Positions 1 to 15,009 of a stretch of 64,000 bases of DNA are shown here, one piece after another. This stretch comes from Botryllus schlosseri (lineage: Eukaryota). Position numbers and translations under genes: made by a program. Positions within the stretch are counted from its first letter, which is position 1, and every line of letters starts with the position of its first letter. Under the pieces are notes generated by a model that saw only the letters and a program-made list of their open reading frames with translations, did no database searches and was not told the DNA's origin. The stretch covers positions 6,760,001-6,824,000 of the forward strand of contig CM119371.1 in the NCBI GenBank assembly GCA_051294905.1. Reading direction: 5' to 3'.

Positions 1-851
1 TCGGCAACATGCTCCGCAAAAACTAAAAGGACGAGTTTACCCCTGAATCCAGTATACAAATATTTAGTGCTCTAGTCTAAACCTAAACCTTTTTTGTTTT
101 TTTTTGGCATGCACATTAATAATTGATGGGTGATAAATATGATGAATCACATAGTAATCGCAAGCACTGATTGACTTATTTTACAAAACGTATCAATCCG
201 AAACACATGCCGTATAATGCGTAATGTGACATTGTCACAGTGACAATGGCAACAAAGAAGGTTTGAACTAAACTATATGGAAAGTGTAACTTCTTGCGAC
301 TTCAACTGCTAGTCATAGGCTACTTTGCCACTTTGCCTTTATTTTGAATATGGATAACGCATGTGAGGCGCGTAGGCAATGTAATCGTGGCATATTAATG
401 AACAGGCTCCAAAGTAAACCAATTTCCTGTTCATTTGATACATCCTACGATTTTAGTCCTTCAAAAAGCAAGTTTTATATTTCGAATTCCAAGCAACCTG
501 TCGCGGGACGCACAGAATAGCTTTGCGGGCCGCACTTTGACCAGATCTGTTCTATAGCATTGATGGCAAATAATCAAATGCTAAATTATTGATTTTGTAA
601 ATGAATAAATTCAGAATTACTCACTTTTATCTCCTGGACGGAATTGTCAGACATTGATGCATGTCAGATTCCAACTGATTGATATCGGCTGAGATTACCA
701 TGCAAACTTATTTTATCACCAAAGCCATTTCCCATCCGACAACCAGACTATTAAACGATATGTTATCCGATATGATGATATTCTGATTGCAATCCACTAT
801 AACAAAATGAAGAGTGGTTATGAAAAGTAAAATCAATGAATCTATATACAC

Positions 852-1903
852 CAGTGGTTCTCAACCGACGGTCCGCCAGGTATATAATAACTTTATAAAG
901 TATTTTTTAAATTTCGTTCAATGCGATTTGGCGTCACTAATTGTCTTGATTATTGGGTGCCCTTCCTCCAAGAAATACCCATGACATATTGCAATAGGCA
1001 TTCTGGTTTCAATCATTTCCGCGCCACGACGCACCATCCCATAATGAAGTTTAGGCTAACATAGGACTCTGAAAAGAGTGCCGAAAATTCGGCAGCGAGA
1101 AAACCTTGGCTGAAAAGGATTAGCCTTTGTTGACCGAAAACATCGATACATATATATTGTCCATATGTGCTTAAACGGCTGTCACCGAATCTCACTGTCC
1201 TGGCCATCTGTACCTCACAGGACAAATGCCATCCCACAGAGAATAAAATTGTTTGCCAGCGAGCAAATACCACTTTGGAATGATAATTCTGAGATAATAA
1301 AAAATTGATATCAATATGTATGCAATTACCAATACCTACACTGAGTAGAATGAATGCGCTCGCAAGTACTTGGGAAAACATCCATCCAACTGTGGGGAGG
1401 CCGTTTTTGGGGTGTGGGCTGACAAAGTGCTTTTTATGCGCTGATTTTGTGGATGATAAGGTACGGTATAGCTGTTATCATGAAGGTGTTTTCATGCCGC
1501 ATTTTTTATTCGTAGTAGCCAGAATATCCTACGTTTTGTCGCAGAGAGCAATCGCCAAGGTGGCACGACACGGTGCTTAGTTCTATTCCAAAACGCTTCA
1601 TCTCTCGATATTGTCGAAGAGAAGAATATTATTCGTGTTGGCGTAGTCAGTTAAATTTGCGGCCTTCGGCACGAAAGACTGTAAAGGACTCTCGCCAGTG
1701 GACTCAGCAGACTCACTGCGGTAAATATGCATGGATACCATCATGAACATAGTTAATTATGATTAAAAACCTCATAATGTCACTCTCTAGCACCAGGTAT
1801 TTGCAAAAAACGGTTGCACACTTTACATTTTTAGTCCACCGGTCCGCCAAATATTTTTTGAAATTATACCAGTCCGCGAGGTGAAAAAGGTTGAGAACCA
1901 CTG
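852..1903. mobile_element. Non-autonomous hAT (Charlie/Buster-like) element
   Basis: TIR cagtggttctcaacc / ggttgagaaccactg. 8-bp TSD atatacac at 844-851 and 1904-1911. Absent at the paralogous site near 20375. Confidence 0.9.
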
Positions 1904-3074
1904 ATATACACCACAGGTTGCCCAAGCCTGACCATCGCACCGGAAGATGTGGTAGATAACGAGATGCCGATAGTCGTCTCTCGTCGCCTAATTGAAATAG
2001 TTGGTTTTGAGTATGAGTAAAAATCAGGAATCTAGATCATGGATAGCAAAAAAAATGACACATTTTTATTCGGCGCACCCAAATTCACAAAAACAACAAG
2101 AAATAACAAGATGAACAAAAATTTCATCCGATTTTATTTCGTACATAATCATCATTTTTAATCCACGACTCTCATAAAATAAGATCGACATATAAACTTG
2201 TAACCTAAGCTTATACTGTTGTGACTATTCCCTTTTGAAGAGTGAATAGCTTGAGCAAATATGTATGCGGCTCAACGAGGAGGAGATAGTGCACACTGAT
2301 TTGACCTTTTTCACATTGAATCATTGAGTGCTGCTGGTCTTTTGATACTGAATTATGTGAAGTGTAAAACTTATACTGCCGACAGTAATCAGTACGTTCC
2401 CAACTCCTGATATTGGCCATGTAACCCTTGTGCAATGAATTTTCCAAGTCATCGAAATCATCAATCATATTTATATTGAGTAAAGAAAAACAGTAAATAT
2501 ATGATGGGCTGTATCAACTAAAATTGCCGGCAGATTTATACACTTTCGTGTTTCTCCACAAAATTTCTGGTTACTATTGCTATGACATTCATCAAATGGT
2601 ACAAATCGATCACATGCCAAAATTTGAAAAACTGGACCTACAAAGTTTTGCGGCTTTGAAACAAAAATTACACAATCTTCAAGGCAATTATGATGGATTG
2701 AAAATGAAATGAATCGAAAATTGTAATTATTTTCATTCATGTCTCAGCTGCAGATTTGTACAAACTACTAATCTAGTTGGTTGATGGTAAAGAGTAGTTC
2801 CAGCTGCAAATTTTTGAAGCGAGTAGTTTGGCGTGAATAGTGAAACTGGTGTTCTTGCAGCTATTGCTAGCAAGGAGTCAACGCTACCAACAATGGCGTG
2901 GCCAGGGAATGGGTTTTGAGGGTCGAAAACCGTTCATTTCAAACTCAAAACCCCGTTCTTTTGAAACGCAGATTCTATTTCCAACTCAGTAATTCGCATC
3001 ATAAGTAGCCTACTGCAGTTGCTTCAGAACTGAAAATCCAGTAATTTGTACAAGTCTGCTCATGTGAGTGCAAT

Positions 3075-4693
3075 CTATCTCTTCACGAATACGGATTTGT
3101 AAATCTCAAAACAGTGATCTATTTTTGGTGTCACTATGGTCCATTTGTCTTGTGTTATATCATACTTTTCAATTGTATTAGAGGTTTTTCCTTCTGCTAC
3201 TGCAAAAATCCACTTGTCATGTTGATAAGCGGAAACCCAATCATGCCGAGCATTCATAGAAGAAGATGAAGTCCATTGAGCTGAAGTAACATCGTAACAT
3301 TCTACGTTGTTGACTTGGAGTCCTCCCCTCCCTCCACCGATCACAAATATCTTTTGATCAACTGCAACAACACCACTGTCAGACACAGGATATCTCATTG
3401 GGTCCAGATCAACCCACTCTGATGAGGATGGAGTGAATCTGCAGAACATTGAAACTTCGACACCATCTTGTCCTGCACCTCCGATACAATAGATGGAATC
3501 ATTCAATGATAGAGACTTGTTTCACGAATCGCAGTAGGTTTGTCTTCTAATTGAATCCATTGATTCACGAGGGAAGTAAACATTTCCACATGACTTGTTG
3601 CTCCATTATAACTTCCTCCGACAACGAATATTGATCCCGACAAAGTAACTGAGCGAGGATCGGTTCCATGATCACAAATCATATCTTTCATCTTTTCCCA
3701 TTTTGAATTTTTGTTCTTAAAATGAAGTCTATGAACTGATTTATCATCACATAAAACGTAAATATAAGGGTCTAGAGAAATCGCCGAGAAAGGTTTTAAA
3801 TGCCTAAACTTCTCATCATGAAACTTCTCCACTTTCTCAGTTACTGGATTGAAGGATTGGATACACTCTGCGCCATGATCAAAAAGAATTATCAATTCAT
3901 TATCGCCAATTTCTTCGTTCATTTTGTGCGATGCCTTCAAAAGATGCCCAGTGAGCAGCTTGTACAGTGCTAAGTCGTTACTGATGATTAGGTTTGATTC
4001 CAGAAGACGTTCTAAAAATGCTGGAGAGACTTTTTCAAACTTGATAGGTTCGAGACATTCGTGCAAATATTCTTGATTTTTTCCATTTTTCTCAATCCAA
4101 TTGAACAATAACGTTAGTTTTTCTTCTTCGCATAAGTGTGATTTTTCCAACATCACAAATTTGAGGACGTTAGTTTTTTCGATATTTCCAAATTCAGGTT
4201 GGTTTGATATTTCCATGATATTTTCAAGAAAAAATATTCTACATCGCGTAGAGACGGCCTCCAGTCCATACATATCGGCGACATTTCTTGTGGAAAAGTA
4301 ATTCTCTACATTAACTGATTCCTCCAAATAGTCAGATACTGCCTGTTTTATGTCTTTCAACTGCATCATGATTGCGACATGAAGAAGATGATTCATCTTT
4401 TCATCAGGAATCTCAAATTTGCCCGAATATATGAAATCGATGCAGTTTTTCACACATTGAGAATCGACCTCTTTCAGAACGACTTTTCCTTCGCGACTCT
4501 CTTTGGTGTCGTGCTTTAACATCGCTTTGAAGTAAGCACAACCAGCCGACAATACATTTCTGTGAGTGTAATAGACATCATCTCCCACTTGAATTATGAA
4601 ATCACAATGATCGTTTTCCAGCTTCATTCGATGTAATTCTTCCATCATCTTCACTGAATGTTGCTCTACATTTGGACACACAATCTGCACCAT
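3075..4693 (-). pseudogene. Intronless BTB-BACK-Kelch (KLHL-like) gene, copy 1, split by a 1-bp frameshift
   Basis: ORF 3503-4693 carries BTB (HCDFIIQVG..HRNVLSAGCAYFKAML), BACK and the first Kelch blades. ORF 3075-3506 carries the remaining blades (IYCIGG, IFVIGG, VECYD, IEKYD). Against copy 4 (caatgataCgagac), one base is missing at 3511/3512 (caatgata-gagac). Confidence 0.9.
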
Positions 4694-6271
4694 GATTGCT
4701 AATCAAGCACAATATATAATGATCCTACGATTATTATAATACAGTCAAACACTGTTATTGAAGTAAAGATTAGTTAACTCAAGTAAAATACCTGTTGAAA
4801 GAATCATAAAACTTATCAAGGCCACTAGTTGAATGAATGAATTGAAGGAAAGTCAACTACACATAAGATGAACACTGAATGGTGCCAGTATCCATTGTAT
4901 ATTGATAGTTTGCACGATGACACGAACCAGGGACCTCGTGGATTATCACTAATCTAAATGTTATTTTGGAACCTTGTAGCATAATTTTATACTACGGTAT
5001 ATTCCAGGAATGGCCATATCGGTTTTATGCTCGCACGAATTATCACGAAGCTCAGTTAAAACAGCCGCAAACCGAAAGGTCATGCTGGTTTCACTACGTG
5101 TTTGGAAACGAAATCAGCGAAGCATGTGGCATGTCAGCGTCTTCTGGCGGATAATTAGTTATTAGATTTGGAGTCTAGCGGTTACTGACGGGGTCATTTC
5201 AAAACACCACAAAACTGCGATACAGTGAAAAAGGGGAGGGAGTCGAAACGACTTCGGGTAGTCTTTCAAATCAGACACCCAACAGGACCTAGGCGATCTA
5301 GAGAAGAGGCATGCGCACTGAATGAAAAGCAAAGCAGAGAATGAAAAAAGGCAAGCTAATCCTATAAATAGGTAGGCTACAATCTTTCAAAATATATGCA
5401 TTCACGATGATGTAGGAGCTATTTAGTGCAGTTATTATGACTCATAAACATGTGGCAGATTGATCACAAAGCTATTTTCTGTTTTTCCAAATCCAAAGTG
5501 TTTAGGTTTATTAGTTATAAATAAAAGTCCAGGTATGGTATGTAGTGCAATTAAGCAAAACGTACCCAAGTACTGTAAACGGGTACAATCTTCAGCAATA
5601 TATTCAGTTACGATAACCGGCATTTTTACGCGTTTCTTCTACAATTTCATTAATAAAACTAATCAATACTTTAATCAACGAAGGTCAGATTATATTTTCA
5701 TCTGAACTAGACAAGACAGACACAATGCGACGTGATGAACAGATCGAAGATTACGGAAGACCAGTTGTGGTGTTGCTTTGTGTCCGATGTCTCAATTCCC
5801 TTTTCAATGTTATAGTCTCTATCCCGCGACTCTTTCTAACTCTTTCCATTCTTTGTGGGTATGCATGCACATCTTCTATCCGGTCTGTTTCTGGGCTTTT
5901 TTGGTCGTCGTATCATAACATTCATAAGACCAGCAACGCGGGAGAAGAGAAGCGCATAATATGCTAATCTCCGGCACGGAATCGAACATGGGCGCTTATC
6001 GTCACCACAACGCTATCTCCCCCGCTAAATGTGCCAGTTACCCAAAACTACTTTTTACTTTTCAAAACCAGGAATATCTAGAATTAGAACTCTATATATC
6101 CCTGTCCAAAATTCAAAGTAGTTTGCATATAATCTGTTCAGGTAGTAGATTCTACTAATGGTATAAAATATAGTCAGTACTCCCAAAAGTATAAATACTT
6201 TGTCATGGATCCCTCAGGTAATATTTTACTAACTTTGCACTGGTTGACGAATTTTATGGTCATCATAGCAG

Positions 6272-7561
6272 CAGAGGTGGTCAGTAACGAAGTACTTCTA
6301 CTTTTTCGAAGTACACAAGTAGTTTTCCTCTACTTCTGGTACTTACTCAAGTAGATCTGATTTTCGCTACTTCTACTTCGTAATATTTTATGGTCTACTT
6401 ACTTACTTTTCGCTATTTTCAGTTTGTCAAGTAGAAGTAGTTCAATCTTCCAATCAGGAAGATAGCCTAAGGAATTTCGGGGCTGTTTTCACGGAGTATC
6501 AACATTTAATTTTCGTAAAAAGTTTTGTAAAGCCCAGAATTTTCGTCGCGCTTCGCGCGTAGTGCTGGATACGGAGTGACCAGTATGATTTCACGAAATT
6601 ATCGGTGAATCTAATTTAGGTAGAGGGTTTGGCGTGGTTCCGTTCACACCACATTGTCGCCCTTCGTCCATATCATAAATAATTCATCACAGTATATATG
6701 GCTCATCATAACGTTTGAAACTGATGTTTCGCAATCTAGCATTTACTATTGTCATATCGTAATCTATATAGCATGTCCATGGCCTGTCCAAATCTGGAAA
6801 AGTGGACTTAGAATATTTTTTAGTTTTAGAGTTGTTTTAGCATACCACCTTTGAAACTTTCTGGACTAAATACATGTTCTGCTTTTAGAAGTAGTATTTA
6901 TATTTCACTTTCAATTCCCAGTATCATATACTTTGAGTTATAATTATTAGCAGTTTTTTTTGTCTGGATAACATACATGTTGAAGTATAAAAGCAAGTGT
7001 AGTAATGCCTTTGATTTCTGGAAATACAGCTACACATTATGGCATTTTTATGGCCCACCTTATATTTTATTAACGTTTACTAATCGCGCAAAGTGTTTAC
7101 AACGTATCCTATACAACTTCTCCGTATTGCTCTTCGACTAAACTACGGGCCTTATAATATGGGGAATTTATCGCCATACCATGCTATTTTCTAAAACGTG
7201 CTGTTCGAGAAAACAGAGGATTAGCATCGCATTTCCATATCAATACTATCATTTTCATCCCATGATGTGGACGAATACTTACGCTATTGAAAAATTGGAT
7301 ACCTGCTGGTATGCATCAATATAAATCAAGCTCGTCACCTATCGCATAGCTCAATTTGCCATTTTTTACAATCCATGTGAACGAATGATCGTTTTCATAA
7401 CTACTTACTTACTTGAGTACTTTTAAAGTCAGTCAATTCTACTTCTACTTCAAGTAGTTCTAGGTTGCTTATGGAAGAAATACTTCTACTCGTACTTGAG
7501 TAGATTTTTTTCGTCGCTACTTCTACTTGAGTAGATTTCTTGACTACTTTGACCACCTCTG
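6272..7561. mobile_element. Non-autonomous hAT-type element with ctactt/aagtag subterminal repeats
   Basis: TIR cagaggtggtca / tgaccacctctg. 8-bp TSD catagcag at 6264-6271 and 7562-7569. Confidence 0.9.
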
Positions 7562-10500
7562 CATAGCAGTATCAATTTGAACGAGCTTTCGAGCGGCTAT
7601 AGCGGAATTACCTCCAGCAAAAAAGCCGATGCATCCACATGGACTCTCCCTGACTGCAAAATCTCCATTCACTGCGTACTGTGTGATACTCATTTCTTGT
7701 TATAGTTTCATGCTTGGTTGTTCTAAAACAGAACCGGACCGCTTCCGGTCTTATAGGATAATGTCGCCCGCGATTACAATGCATACATTTGCGAGCGAAC
7801 GTTCTCGACCAAGAACATTAGACTAAGACAAAGCCTCGTTCCAATCTAACTCACGTTCACGTGCAGTCTTTACGGACGGTTTGCAAGTCCAACATACAGT
7901 CAGAAGAGTTCACAACATAACTTGGTGATAAGTTCGATCGGATGTTTAATTGACTTTACCGGCTATTTAAGTACATTACGTTGATAAATCCACTGACTAC
8001 TGTTTGGTCACTGTGCTTTACGCTGAAAGTTTACATTAAATACGATTTATTCCTGGTATAGATTGATAACTACGCGATTGATATATCGATCCAGGATTTC
8101 GGCAAAATAATCAGGTCGACAGCTTGCTAGATTCCCAATTTTATGCTTTCAACACATTTCACATTTACAAACAGTAGAAAAGTGACAAACCAATTATGTC
8201 TGATTAATTTCGCAGAAGATTATGATAATTTACTCTTACGCAGTTGTAAGCAACAGATGGACAAAAGGCAGAGATATATTGAATTTCAAGCCTAACCTGA
8301 ACACAGTCATGTCTTAAATTTAGCTCCTCCAAAGCGTCAGGTCCAGCAAACAACATCCCAATATTATTCAAAACACTGATACCAAGTGAAGATGTCGAAC
8401 TAGCTGTAGTATTTAGAGCGAAAGTATCAAAACTTCTCTACAATCATCTGTACACAGTAGGGGTCTCTGTACATACTAAATATTAGAATATGCAACCTAC
8501 ATTGCTGCTATCCCCAAGTCAAGAAAGAAACCGTATTTTGGCTTTGGGGATAGTGAGGGTTAACATGTCTGCGAAAAGCCGTGCTTCTTGTCCTTTTCAT
8601 AGCTGTGGCCCAATTTCCATTTTGCAAATATGCCATGACCCACCACACGGCCTCAATCTCCTTTCAAGCGGCTGCAATACGGCAAGTTTAGGCCTAGCAG
8701 TTCATATCAAATCATAGTTCGTTCTCACGAGTACGAGAATGGCAAATGTATGTATCGCAAGCTTGGCTTGTTTCAATCTACACAGTTCTTCTGTAGCCTT
8801 TACAGCAAAACCGGAAGTTAGAATGGAACATTTCCCAGCTTATATTAAGAGCAAGAAACATTTCACAGATTAAATTAGAGTCAGATTACCGGCATTTCTC
8901 TCTAATTAGTCGAATAAGGCAATTAAAACTCTCCAGTTGTCCAAGTCTGTCTGGACCGTATAAGCCTTTTTGGGTCAATTGTTTGATTCGGCGGTCCGAC
9001 TTGGATTATTGGGGGCCTGCAGTGCGCTTCACCCGGTCACTAGATGTCGGCAAAGTGAACGAGGCGCTTTCCGTAATGAGTTCTCCCTCGACAAATTTGA
9101 AATTTTGTCGCTGTCTGATTCCGTCGTCGTGACAACTTGCGACCCAGGTAGGGGGTCTGGGGTTTGAATTTAACGAACTCTTCGTTTGATTGAGCCGCCA
9201 CATTCTTACTCGCTTTGAAACGTCGCACAGGACTGAGCCGGTTCACGTCCTCCTCGTTCTGCAAAAATAGTTGGGGGTCAGTCAATACTAGCATTGGAAT
9301 CACGGGATCAACCCTATTGAAATCACGAGATACCGAGAAAGCATCTATCAGAGCTGTAGTAGCATTTGCTTCGCTCTTAAAGCAGCGTTACAATATCAGC
9401 TTACTGTCTTGAACACGCTACATTGCCGTGACAATAATACCAACTATGGCACAACTATGAACTACACCAGTGGTCTCAAATATTTTTTTAAACGGTACAA
9501 CATTTTAAAGGTCACGTAAAACTTGTACACCTCAGGTAACAAAATACATCGAATCTGTCGTAATCCTAATCGGAAGGCTGCAATCCTTCGGAAACGCTAA
9601 TGCTAAAAACCAATCAGCGTTCGAGATTACCACATCACGATCTAACACTGGTTTTCAAGGGCAGTCTACGAAACATTTTCAGGAAACCGGAAGCCGATCA
9701 AATAATCTAATTTGTGATATTGCAAGCTACGGTAGATCATGTGAAGCAATTTTGCTTCAAATTGCTATAACTTCATGGTTTACATCAGCCGAATGACCGT
9801 TTAATACAAGATATCAAACTGCATCAGGTGATTTTAATTGCTTGCAAACCATTTAGTCAATGGGTAGAGCTATTGTTACAAACATTTTGCTGTTGAGAGC
9901 TGACATTGAGGTTTGTGTAAAAACAGCAAATTTGGAATAGAAAGGTCAAATTTGTGATCATAATCAGAAACCGCTTAAACGACGATATTCTCGGTGGTCT
10001 CACGATTTTGAGTCGGTATTACAATAAAAGTATGTGACTTGTGACTTGCAAGTGCATATTTCTGCATCGCTAATCTCAGGGTTGGGGAGTAAAAATCCCA
10101 ATCGTGGGGTTTAAATTTTAATCCCGAAATCCCAACCCTCGTGAGGGATGACCCCAAAAAACTCACCATCTTCCGTGGGACCCGCATCTATTCTGGTATC
10201 CTATCTTAAAAGATAGATTGCACGGATGATAGGAATCAGAACTTCTACTTTTCAGAGTTCTTTAAGTGGGTTCCGTCTACATCTACAGTACCTCAAGTGA
10301 CCGGTTTTATCTTCTTTCACTTCTACCTCTACAGATTTTTAGGAAAACCTAGTTGCTTGTTACACTTTGGATTTCGCAGGAGATTTTTGATGCTCGCAAT
10401 TTCTAACTTTCGATTTCAAACTTTCCACTAGGCCCGCAATACTTAATATTTTTACTATTTCGAAATTTCTACTTCTACTTATACTTGCAACACTGCTTAC

Positions 10501-10902
10501 CCTTTCAGTCGAGTACCAACGACGAACACTTTGACCACATCTGCTCCTGAAACAGCGATGTAGAATCGCCGCCAATCCCAACCTTCACCCACCTTTTTAA
10601 ATCGGGATCAATCGACTTTTCCTGTCGACCAAGGGTGGGACCTGGGGCTCATTCTGTCAGATCACTCCCAGTGATGGGTGGTCCTTTGACCAATTAGGTG
10701 CCATTCCAGAAATCCATCTTGAACGAGGGCCCCGCTGGAATGAAAGGGGGTAGTTTTTTTGGGCAACACGAAGCAAAATGCGACTCTGACTCGATTACAA
10801 TCATAATTGTAAATACAAGGTGTCTTTAAAATTAGATTATAAGTAAAACGATAGCTACATATTATTTATAAATGAGATTAGAATCAGAATTACATCTATA
10901 CA

Positions 10903-12235
10903 CAGGGTTGCCATCAACATGGACCCAAAAATAAGGACAGTCGAAAAATAAGATTAGCATTATAAGCGTTTGTACATACTTTGTATTTATACGAGCCGTG
11001 GCATATCACAGTCCATACTTTTCGCAAGAAACAACCTGCTCTGGCAACTCCTTGTTATTAGAAAGTGCTTCATGGATCTCACGACAGCTCAGGTCTGGGT
11101 TTACCTTAACTCAGGGTCGAAACAGGTCTTGGGACCCCCTTACGGTGATAAACCAAACTTCTTCACCTCCTTCTGATTAGAGGCGTCAACCAAGATGGAA
11201 ATAGGCTGTACATCAAGTTTACACAAAATCATTTTTTGAGCGTATGGAGGAAGAACTCCAGTAACAATGCTTATAGTCTAGGTACTGGCCGAATCAAACC
11301 TCTTTTCGATGTTGGAATCGGGGAATATTGCTTTGAACAATTGAGATGTACAATCATTGTGGAGGGATGATTGCTGGTGTTTGACAGTAGGAAATGCCCT
11401 GGTACCCTCAGAAGCAGCTGCCTTGTAGTCTTTGGTCGTTGGCGCTGATCGACTTGTGAAAAAATTATTCATCGACTGGCTCGAATTAATCATTATGACA
11501 TACTTCTTGTGTTTTGGGGTATCAATGTGAGTTGAAATAGCGGTCTTTCCTATGGCCTCCAGGTCAATGTAACAATCGCAGATATTGCAATGTGCGAAAC
11601 ACTCGCCCTTCAAACTTCCTTTGATGCCTTTGAATTCTTTCTCATAATCGTCACAAAAAAAACGTTTTTACGCCTGCTCATTTTAACTAATCAGATTCAA
11701 CCTTATTAGTTGCTAAAACTATATGTGCAATATAATTTAGAATAATTTATCAATGGTTTATAGCTTTAATATTTTTTTATCCCAAGTGTCGACTGCTCTC
11801 TGCGCCCTTTTCCAATACGCAACAAATGCTGCCTTCCCCACAGCTTATACTGCTGTAGACTAGACAGCAGAAACCTGGTTCTGCTGCTTACTGCTAAAAT
11901 GACGTCCGCTACCATAGCTGGATACAGCCGAAACGGCTATACCACTCACTGCCCTAGCTATCTCACCACTTAGAAGTAAAATCCTGTGGTGTGCACGTCA
12001 CGGGAGTTCCTTTCATTTATGATGTCATAAAATTTCGACGCAAAAGCATAATTGTAGAATATTATGCAACACAGACACCAAAGGAGAACGATCGAAGTTC
12101 TGTGGTTGTTGAAAATAAGACAAAATAAGGACGCAAGTCGAAAAGAAGGACATTTCTTAGAAATAAGGACGATTGAGTTTTCTAAGACGCCTCCCTTGAA
12201 AATAAGGACAAATCTTAGAAATAAGGACGGTATAC
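10903..12235. mobile_element. Deleted hAT (Blackjack-like) element with a transposase remnant
   Basis: Left end cagggttgccat. aataaggac subterminal repeats occur at both ends. The right TIR and TSD are not clear. Confidence 0.6.
11150..11681 (-). pseudogene. hAT transposase N-terminal fragment
   Basis: BED-like finger CNIC..HIDTPKH, then AAASEGT..TVKHQQS..NDCTSQLFKAIFPDS. After a stop the frame continues ..PISILVDASNQKEVKKF, which resembles the first catalytic Asp motif. Frameshift near the ATG at 11681. Confidence 0.8.
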
Positions 12236-12833
12236 AACTAACAGACTTTACCTCAGTCCGAATTTACTGGAAAACAGTGCCCAATATTTTTTGCATGATT
12301 TCTTTGTCAAATCAGAATGAGTAAATGCTGGATGTAGGCGTAGGTAGGGTGTAAATATCTGGTGTGCCAATGCGAAGGATAGGAACATCTTACAAGAAAT
12401 GACATTATGGTATAGAAATACATTTGATTTGAATTGATTCATTTCACACTGATGCTGTGAACATTGTGGACAGAATGTTTGCGATATCTTATACCGTTGC
12501 CAATTCTGGACATGTTATACAAAATTACACAGAAAATCACCTGTAGTCATCAATATCCCTCGAAATCTTGATAAAGAGATCTTGTCTTTTGGCAGGAGAT
12601 AAAGCCTGAAACAAAATCTCATTATTATCCATCAGACAGGATAAGACTAGCACTGCTACTTGAATGTGACTTGAACAAAAACAGTGAAGCTATTGAACAG
12701 TCTTCCACCAATCACCTTCAACTGCATAGAGCCATAAAATGTGAAAAATGCTCTCTTCTTTGGTAGAAAATCTGTTGCTGTGCGCAGGGACTGTTTCACT
12801 TTGATTTGCTCATTCATCTTTATGGCATCACAG

Positions 12834-15009
12834 CAGACATGGGGTAATCGCGATTAGTAATCGTAATCGATTACGACGATTACAGCATTTTCAAGTAATC
12901 GTAATCGCAATCGATTACATTCGAAAAAATTCCGAAGTAATCGTAATCGTAATCGACTACTTCACATATCTAATCGATTTCTTTGTGAAACAACGATTAC
13001 TATTGTATTTGCACAAGGGCAATGACATAAACAAAACATTCGTGAACAAGAAAGAGATATTATACCAGGCTAGTGATAGCAGAAACGTATGATTTTTTAA
13101 CGCCACTGCCTATTATTACGTCAGAAGTATTAGTTTGCTCGTCTATGCGTAGGCTAAGTATCTACACATATAGTAAATAGATATTCGATTTGTACTTTGT
13201 AGTGTAATTGTATCGAATGTGATCGATAACGATAGTGATTGTAAGAACACCCGACATGCTGTATATCTGGCTATCAATACCCTCGAAACGTCACCACCTC
13301 GCAGCAGGATAATAATCACCACTCTTCCTGTAGTTTCAAATAGTAACGGATGTATTGATGTTTGGTTATGCGTAGTCAAACGCAGTTTGACCGTTGCTGC
13401 TTGGCGATCAGTTGGCATACAGGTACGTACATCGGACAAATATTTGACATTTGTACTCGTCAAATGAAACATAACATTACGATTTCCACAACGAAGGGTG
13501 GGTGTCTGATCTCCAAGACTTCTCCAAGTCGTTACTACACCTTCCTATCTTTTCAGTGAGTCGCAGTCTTGTGGTGTTTTGAAATGATGATATTTTAATA
13601 ATAAACTAAACTGAAGTATTAAAAATCAACAGCTGCTGATATATATCATAACCGAGCCGTTCTTTGCCGTTTCTCGTAACAGCATCAAGCAATATCTGTA
13701 CCAAGTGAAAGCAGAATTTTACATCACTTTATCTTATTCTCGTATGACTCTAATTCAAACGGGCGTCAATCGTTATTTCGCAATTCTTTACTCAACATTT
13801 GGACCTGCCGCCATATAGCAAACCTCTTATACAGCATGTTAGCGTGGGTTGTGGCTAGCATCAGAACCTAAACAGTAATTCGTCCCCCACTCCAAACGTT
13901 TATCTTATGCGCCGATAGGGTTGTCAATTTTCAATTTGATGACTGAATTTCGTCAATAATATTGGTTATTGCGTGATGCCACAATTTATTTTTAGTCTTC
14001 TCTCAGCGCCGATGGTCAGAATGACCTGTAGAGCTGGGGGCACGTAATTCATAATAATAACATCTGGTGTGTTGTTATAAGTACTTTATTCTGATGTTAA
14101 TTTGTGACCACCCGTCTGTTATATATTCAAAAGATATTGTAGTTGCCCAAACGTAGCAGACTAAAGGAAAAACTTTCGTGAGACGTACACACAAATTTTC
14201 ATGTCTTCATTCCTCCGTGGGTGCCCCGGATGGCATTTGTATTGTGGGGATCAGATTGGAAGGACATGATTATTGGTCACGCTCACCCACCGCTGCTATT
14301 GACAATGGATAGGCTACATACCCAATGTTTCGGTGGGGGTCTTGCTTTGGTAGCACACTTCGTGTGGAGTCGCATGTTGGCCGAAACTGCATATATCTTC
14401 TGGTGTCTCGTGGCGCGGTAATGATTGGGCCGAAATGCCTATACCTATAATTTATACATGCTTTTTTCTCGAGCGGGGGGGTATGCATTTCAAAAAGCTA
14501 TCTAGAGACATTTTAGAGACATTCTAGCCTCATTCCAGAGTCACTCTAAGATAATTTTAAAGTTCATTTAATCTCTCGAAAATACTCTGTTGATTTGCAA
14601 ACTACTTTTGAGTGTCTTTCGAGCTCGCTCCCAACCCATTGGTGAGTTTGGGAGCAGCAGTTACGAGCCTGGCAAGAATGCAAATCGTTGGGTGCGATAA
14701 ATCGTCCGCTACAAAATAGGAATGGGTGAATTGTGACGTAACAAACAAATGACTATCATTTATGAAGAAAGTTGTAATCTCATTAAGCCTTTTCATCGCA
14801 GCCTTATATTGTCTTCAATATATCTTCCGAGATTAGTTTTAAGAAGCAAAATAAATGTAATCGTGAGTAATCGTGATTACTTTTCCAATGTAATCGTGAT
14901 CGTAATCGACTACTTCCTGATTTTGCTGTAATCGTAATCGTAATCGTGTGATTCCGAAGCAATCGTAATCGCAATCGATTACATTCATGAAGTAATCACC
15001 CCATGTCTG
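12834..15009. mobile_element. Non-autonomous hAT element with gtaatc/gattac subterminal arrays
   Basis: TIR cagacatgggg / ccccatgtctg. 8-bp TSD catcacag at 12826-12833 and 15010-15017. Confidence 0.9.

Noticed and set aside
1013..1580. ORFs inside element 852-1903 as a transposase
   Set aside because: No recognisable BED, DDE or dimerisation motifs in the frames I read.
3503..3512. Programmed frameshift or intron in KLHL copy 1
   Set aside because: No slippery site or splice signals. Paralogs show a simple 1-bp deletion.
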